Assembly (NCBI GenBank): GCA_016930515.1
Contig: JAFGGO010000027.1
Location: forward strand, 1 to 64,000
Reading direction: 5' to 3'
Source: Promethearchaeota archaeon
GTDB taxonomy: Archaea; Asgardarchaeota; Lokiarchaeia; Sigyniarchaeales; SOKP01
Length of the DNA: 64,000 nt
How positions within the stretch are numbered: position 1 is the first letter of the stretch; each line of letters starts with the position of its first letter. The notes beneath the pieces are model-generated. The model saw only the letters and a program-made list of their open reading frames with translations, searched no databases and was not told the DNA's origin. Of this stretch, positions 60,483-64,000 are shown in pieces. The position numbers were made by a program, and so were the translations under genes.

Positions 60483-61061
60483 TCAAGTGATATTGTTCAA
60501 GGTAGTACAAATTTCCTTCCAATCACGGACCCTTATTACATTGCCTTCACACGAACTTTCCTTATTCCAAGGTTGATCGTACAATAATAAATATTTCTCT
60601 TTCATGATTTTGATTGGTTCTACCAAATTAGGATTATCGTCGATGTATATGTCAAAATCGTAAGCGAGTTTTAAGTCCCATGGCCTTTCCTTCACGATGA
60701 TAAAATCCTTATAGTGAATGCCTTCCTTAATTTCGTGAAACCTTAATTTCTTTACAAGATCGGAACGAAAACGAGGTTGTCCGGCAGAAAGGATGGATAC
60801 ATCGCTTTTTCCGTGTATTCTTTTCAAGTATTCGGGTGCATTATCGTCGATAAACGGGATTTCCATCATTTTTTCGTATGCTGTATAAAAAAGATTGAAA
60901 AATTCTCTTTCTGAAAGGTCCCAATCCAAATAGAAATCCCAACGAGTTATGTCGCTCTTTTTTCGGTTCGTCTTGTAAACTTCGTTAAATTCCTCGATAA
61001 ATCTTTCAATCGCATCGAGCAAGACGCCGACAATGTCAACGGCTATTGCTTTTTTTGTCAT
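60483..61061 (-). CDS. HAD-superfamily 5'(3')-deoxyribonucleotidase (NT5C)-like protein
   Basis: IAVDIVGVL, YIDDNP, YDQPWN, RVRDWKEI. Confidence 0.78.
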   Translation of the reverse strand: MTKKAIAVDIVGVLLDAIERFIEEFNEVYKTNRKKSDITRWDFYLDWDLSEREFFNLFYTAYEKMMEIPFIDDNAPEYLKRIHGKSDVSILSAGQPRFRSDLVKKLRFHEIKEGIHYKDFIIVKERPWDLKLAYDFDIYIDDNPNLVEPIKIMKEKYLLLYDQPWNKESSCEGNVIRVRDWKEICTTLNNIT

Positions 61062-61200
61062 TCTAATTGAAATAATAATCTTTAAATTTTTGATAATTTA
61101 ATTTCTTATCTCTAAAAATATAGCCTTAAATTTGAGATTTTTGTTAATAAGAAATGTGATACAAATTGGTGTTGTGAGTCGTTCTCTATTGATCAAATCA

Positions 61201-61220
61201 TAGTGTGAAACTTCACACTA
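61201..61220. promoter_or_regulatory. Perfect inverted repeat TAGTGTGAA-AC-TTCACACTA, candidate operator
   Basis: 9-bp arms with a 2-bp spacer, between divergent genes, 67 nt upstream of the FrhB-like start. Confidence 0.55.
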
Positions 61221-61287
61221 ACTTTTATTTGCAATCGTTAATTTTTCCACGCAATACTAAACATTATTAATACACATTGAAAAAATC

Positions 61288-62223
61288 ATGAAAGTAGAAA
61301 AATCTAGTCAAGATCTCGAAAACGAGGTAATATACGCAGGTCTTTGCATTCATTGTGGAAGCTGCAACGCTTTTTGCCCCCACATGGACTTTAATCAGAC
61401 AACTGGAGAAGCATTTGTCGTCGATGAATGCGCTGAGACCGTGGGTTTGTGCTATAATTCCTGTCCGAGGAGTTTTCTTCCCATTAAAGAAATCGAACAA
61501 AAACTCTTTGGTGAAAGCAGGATTGATTTAGGAGTGGGCGTTTACAAGGATATTATCCAAGTAAAAGCGAAAAACGATGACATTCTACACGCTCTCGTCG
61601 AAGCCGCCTTTAAAGAAGGCGTTATCGAGTGCTTGGTTTTAGGGGAGCCAAACGGAGCAAAACCTGCCGTATCTTTTCCAAAAATTGTCTATAATGCCAA
61701 GGACGCCAAGAAACTCATCCCGCAAAAGACTATGGACAACGCTGGTCCTTTAGTAACTGGTATTGGTCAAGCTTACAAGGAATACAAGAAAAATATTGGA
61801 ATTATCGCCAATCCGTGTCACCTACAAGGCTTAGCAAAAATTCTCGTTTCTGATTTTAACACGGGTGCCGAAAAGACATCCTTAAAGATCGCTTTTGCGT
61901 GTTCTTCTGGTGGCATGGCGGGATGCAAGTACTGCACGGACTTTTCGGGCGAATTTTCGGACATCTCGTATTCCCCTTGGGGCGCTCCCAAGCCAGAAGC
62001 CCTCTTGATCATCAGAACCGCCGTTGGTCAAAAAGTAGTGGACGCTGCGAAAAAAATGAAACTCATCGAAGTAACCAACCCGAATCCGGACTTGTCCGAG
62101 ATGAAAAAGTTCCTCAACAAGAAGCGCAAGAAGAACTTCAAGACGCTCTTAGGAAAGTCGCTCGTAAGAGCCAAATACTTGGATTTCAGCTACGACGAGC
62201 TCAAGGACATCCTCGAAGAATAA
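61288..62223 (+). CDS. Coenzyme F420 hydrogenase/dehydrogenase beta-subunit (FrhB/FdhB family)
   Basis: CIHCGSCNAFCP, GLCYNSCPR, ANPCH, GCKYCTDFSGEFSDIS, IIRTAVG. Confidence 0.85.
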   Translation: MKVEKSSQDLENEVIYAGLCIHCGSCNAFCPHMDFNQTTGEAFVVDECAETVGLCYNSCPRSFLPIKEIEQKLFGESRIDLGVGVYKDIIQVKAKNDDILHALVEAAFKEGVIECLVLGEPNGAKPAVSFPKIVYNAKDAKKLIPQKTMDNAGPLVTGIGQAYKEYKKNIGIIANPCHLQGLAKILVSDFNTGAEKTSLKIAFACSSGGMAGCKYCTDFSGEFSDISYSPWGAPKPEALLIIRTAVGQKVVDAAKKMKLIEVTNPNPDLSEMKKFLNKKRKKNFKTLLGKSLVRAKYLDFSYDELKDILEE

Positions 62224-62482
62224 TTCTTTAATTTTCTTTCTTTTAACTTTTTTTCACAATCTCCATCAATTTAAAATGAAATTTTTAAAGTGTAGATTTT
62301 AATGACAATTTCCTAATTTTTGTCGACTCCGGGTTCCTAAATAAATCAACGATTCCTCAGCAATTTTTGGCCCTCTCGCAAAATTTAAATAGTATTTTAT
62401 AACATATAATACCAAGGATTCAAATTAGGCTTCGATTTTTCCTTTAAACATGGAAAAAAATAGTCATCGTGCGAGACAACTC

Positions 62483-64000
62483 ATGAGAATTTTAATAGAC
62501 ACGAACATCCTCATTGCGAGAGAGAACCATCACATAATTGAACAAGAACTTCAAACGCTTTTAAGGGTCGTTCAAGAATTAAAACACGAAACGCTCGTCC
62601 ATCCAAAATCTATTGAAGATGTTAGAAGAGATCCAAACGAAATCCGAAGAAACATTACCCTCTCAAAACTCAACACTTATCAAATTTTAGAACACGCTCC
62701 AAGACCGTCCACAGATCCAAGCTATATCGAGAAAATAGGAAATCCAAAAAATATCAACGACGAAATAGACGATTCCTTATTATTTGCTGTCCACAAGAAC
62801 GCCGTTAATTTTCTCATCACGGAAGATCTTGGCATTCAGAAGAAAGCAAGGAAGCTTAACATCTCTGATAGGGTTCTGAAAATCGTTGAGGCATTAGACC
62901 TTTTCAAGAGAGATATCCCCAGGGCGATCAAATTACCTCCTTCACTACAAGGTACTACAATGGCTAATTTAGACATCGAAGATTCCATATTCGAATCTCT
63001 TCGAGAAGATTATCCGGATTTCAATATATGGTACACAGATAAAGCAAGAGAAGGAAGAAATTGTTGGATATATCGCAGGAACGACGGATCCTTAGGTGCT
63101 GTTTTAATTTATAAAATGGAAGACGAAGCAAACGAAAACGCCAGACCTCCATTAGAAAAGAAAAGGCGCCTCAAAATCGCAACTATGAAGGTCACCTATG
63201 TTGGTTACAAAATCGGCGAGTTATTGCTAAAATTGTCTTTTGAATACGCCATTAAAAACAATATTTCAGAAATATATTTAACGCATTTTACCCGAAAAGA
63301 CGATTATTTAGTTGATTTAATCGAGCAATATGGGTTTAACAAAGTATCAACCATTCATCGAGATTGGACGGAACAACCCGAAGATGTTTATATTAAAAAG
63401 ATTTTTATTGAGAAAAAAGACATTCGCGATCTTACACCGTTAGATATCTCGAAGAATTTTTATCCTAATTTTTACGATGGCATAAAAATTAACAAATTTA
63501 TCGTTCCAATTCAACCAGAGTATTTTAGACTTCTATTTACTGATTTTCCCATAAGACAAACAACGATAAGCGAGTTTGCTGGAGATTTTATCATAGAAGG
63601 AAATACCATTAAGAAAGCATATTTAAGCCATTCTGCATCGAAAAAAATGAATCCAGGTGATATTCTTTTGTTTTATCGGTCTGGAGATTTTAAAGGCGTA
63701 TTATCTCTAGGAGTAATTGAAAATGTGGAATACGATATGCAAGATCCAAATGAAATTTTTTCGATAGTTGGAAAGCGCACCGTTTATTCGTTCGCTGAAA
63801 TTGAAAAAATTTCCCAAGAAAAAACAACGGTAATTATTTTTTCCCATCACTTCCATTTTAAAACTATTGTGGAATATGACAAACTATTAAAAGAAAAAAT
63901 CCTTACTGGTCCATCTCAATCAATAACAGAGATCGACCAAGAAAAATATCTAAAAATAAAAAAATTAGGTGGTATCGACGAACGTTTTGCTTTCGATTAA
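62483..64000 (+). CDS. PIN + GNAT + PUA/EVE/ASCH-like fusion protein
   Basis: PIN: ILIDTNILI..DD.LL..FLITED; GNAT: LKIATMKV..GYKIGELLLK..YGF; C-terminal IVPIQPEY..GNTIKKAYL..PGDILLFYRS. Confidence 0.8.
   Translation: MRILIDTNILIARENHHIIEQELQTLLRVVQELKHETLVHPKSIEDVRRDPNEIRRNITLSKLNTYQILEHAPRPSTDPSYIEKIGNPKNINDEIDDSLLFAVHKNAVNFLITEDLGIQKKARKLNISDRVLKIVEALDLFKRDIPRAIKLPPSLQGTTMANLDIEDSIFESLREDYPDFNIWYTDKAREGRNCWIYRRNDGSLGAVLIYKMEDEANENARPPLEKKRRLKIATMKVTYVGYKIGELLLKLSFEYAIKNNISEIYLTHFTRKDDYLVDLIEQYGFNKVSTIHRDWTEQPEDVYIKKIFIEKKDIRDLTPLDISKNFYPNFYDGIKINKFIVPIQPEYFRLLFTDFPIRQTTISEFAGDFIIEGNTIKKAYLSHSASKKMNPGDILLFYRSGDFKGVLSLGVIENVEYDMQDPNEIFSIVGKRTVYSFAEIEKISQEKTTVIIFSHHFHFKTIVEYDKLLKEKILTGPSQSITEIDQEKYLKIKKLGGIDERFAFD
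63978..64000 (+). CDS. Probable 5' end of an ASCH/PUA-domain gene, cut by the window edge
   Basis: Overlapping frame reads ACG-AAC-GTT-TTG-CTT-TCG-ATT-AA (xNVLLSIK), like the ASCH N-terminal LLSIKP motif; AGGTGG upstream. Confidence 0.45.

Noticed and set aside
1-64000. tRNA, rRNA, IS elements, integrases, prophage genes
   Set aside because: None recognised by eye; intergenic regions are short and AT-rich, but a covariance-model scan was not possible

Overview
AT-rich, gene-dense archaeal chromosome segment, most likely Asgard (Lokiarchaeia-like). The assignment is inferred from gene content: a Rag/Gtr-type GTPase-roadblock fusion, stand-alone longin-like and roadblock proteins, an expanded family of orphan 7-TM proteins, a presenilin-type protease, the H4MPT C1 enzymes ftr/mtd/mch, fatty-acid oxidation genes and a C-terminal sorting-type anchor. 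No rRNA, tRNA, CRISPR array or transposase was recognised. The best candidate for an undescribed system is the operon at 11214-20496, possibly extending to glpD at 22222. It encodes two ABC-2-type permeases, a free ABC ATPase, a 1093-aa protein with a large, probably extracellular prenyltransferase-beta-like repeat region fused through a TM helix to an intact ABC ATPase, a protein joining a UBC/RWD-like domain to a degenerate ABC ATPase, and a longin-like domain fused to about 4 TM helices. Other observations: an unannotated 143-codon paralog at 41721-42152 (ATA first codon, one in-frame TGA); several apparent non-canonical starts, best supported by ATT at 58534; a frameshifted third copy in a 7-TM array; an MTAP with a zinc-ribbon insertion; an A15 run inside a TPR gene; an orphan M-S fused methyltransferase; and a PIN-GNAT-PUA/EVE-like gene at the window end. 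All family calls come from reading motifs by eye; no database search was run.
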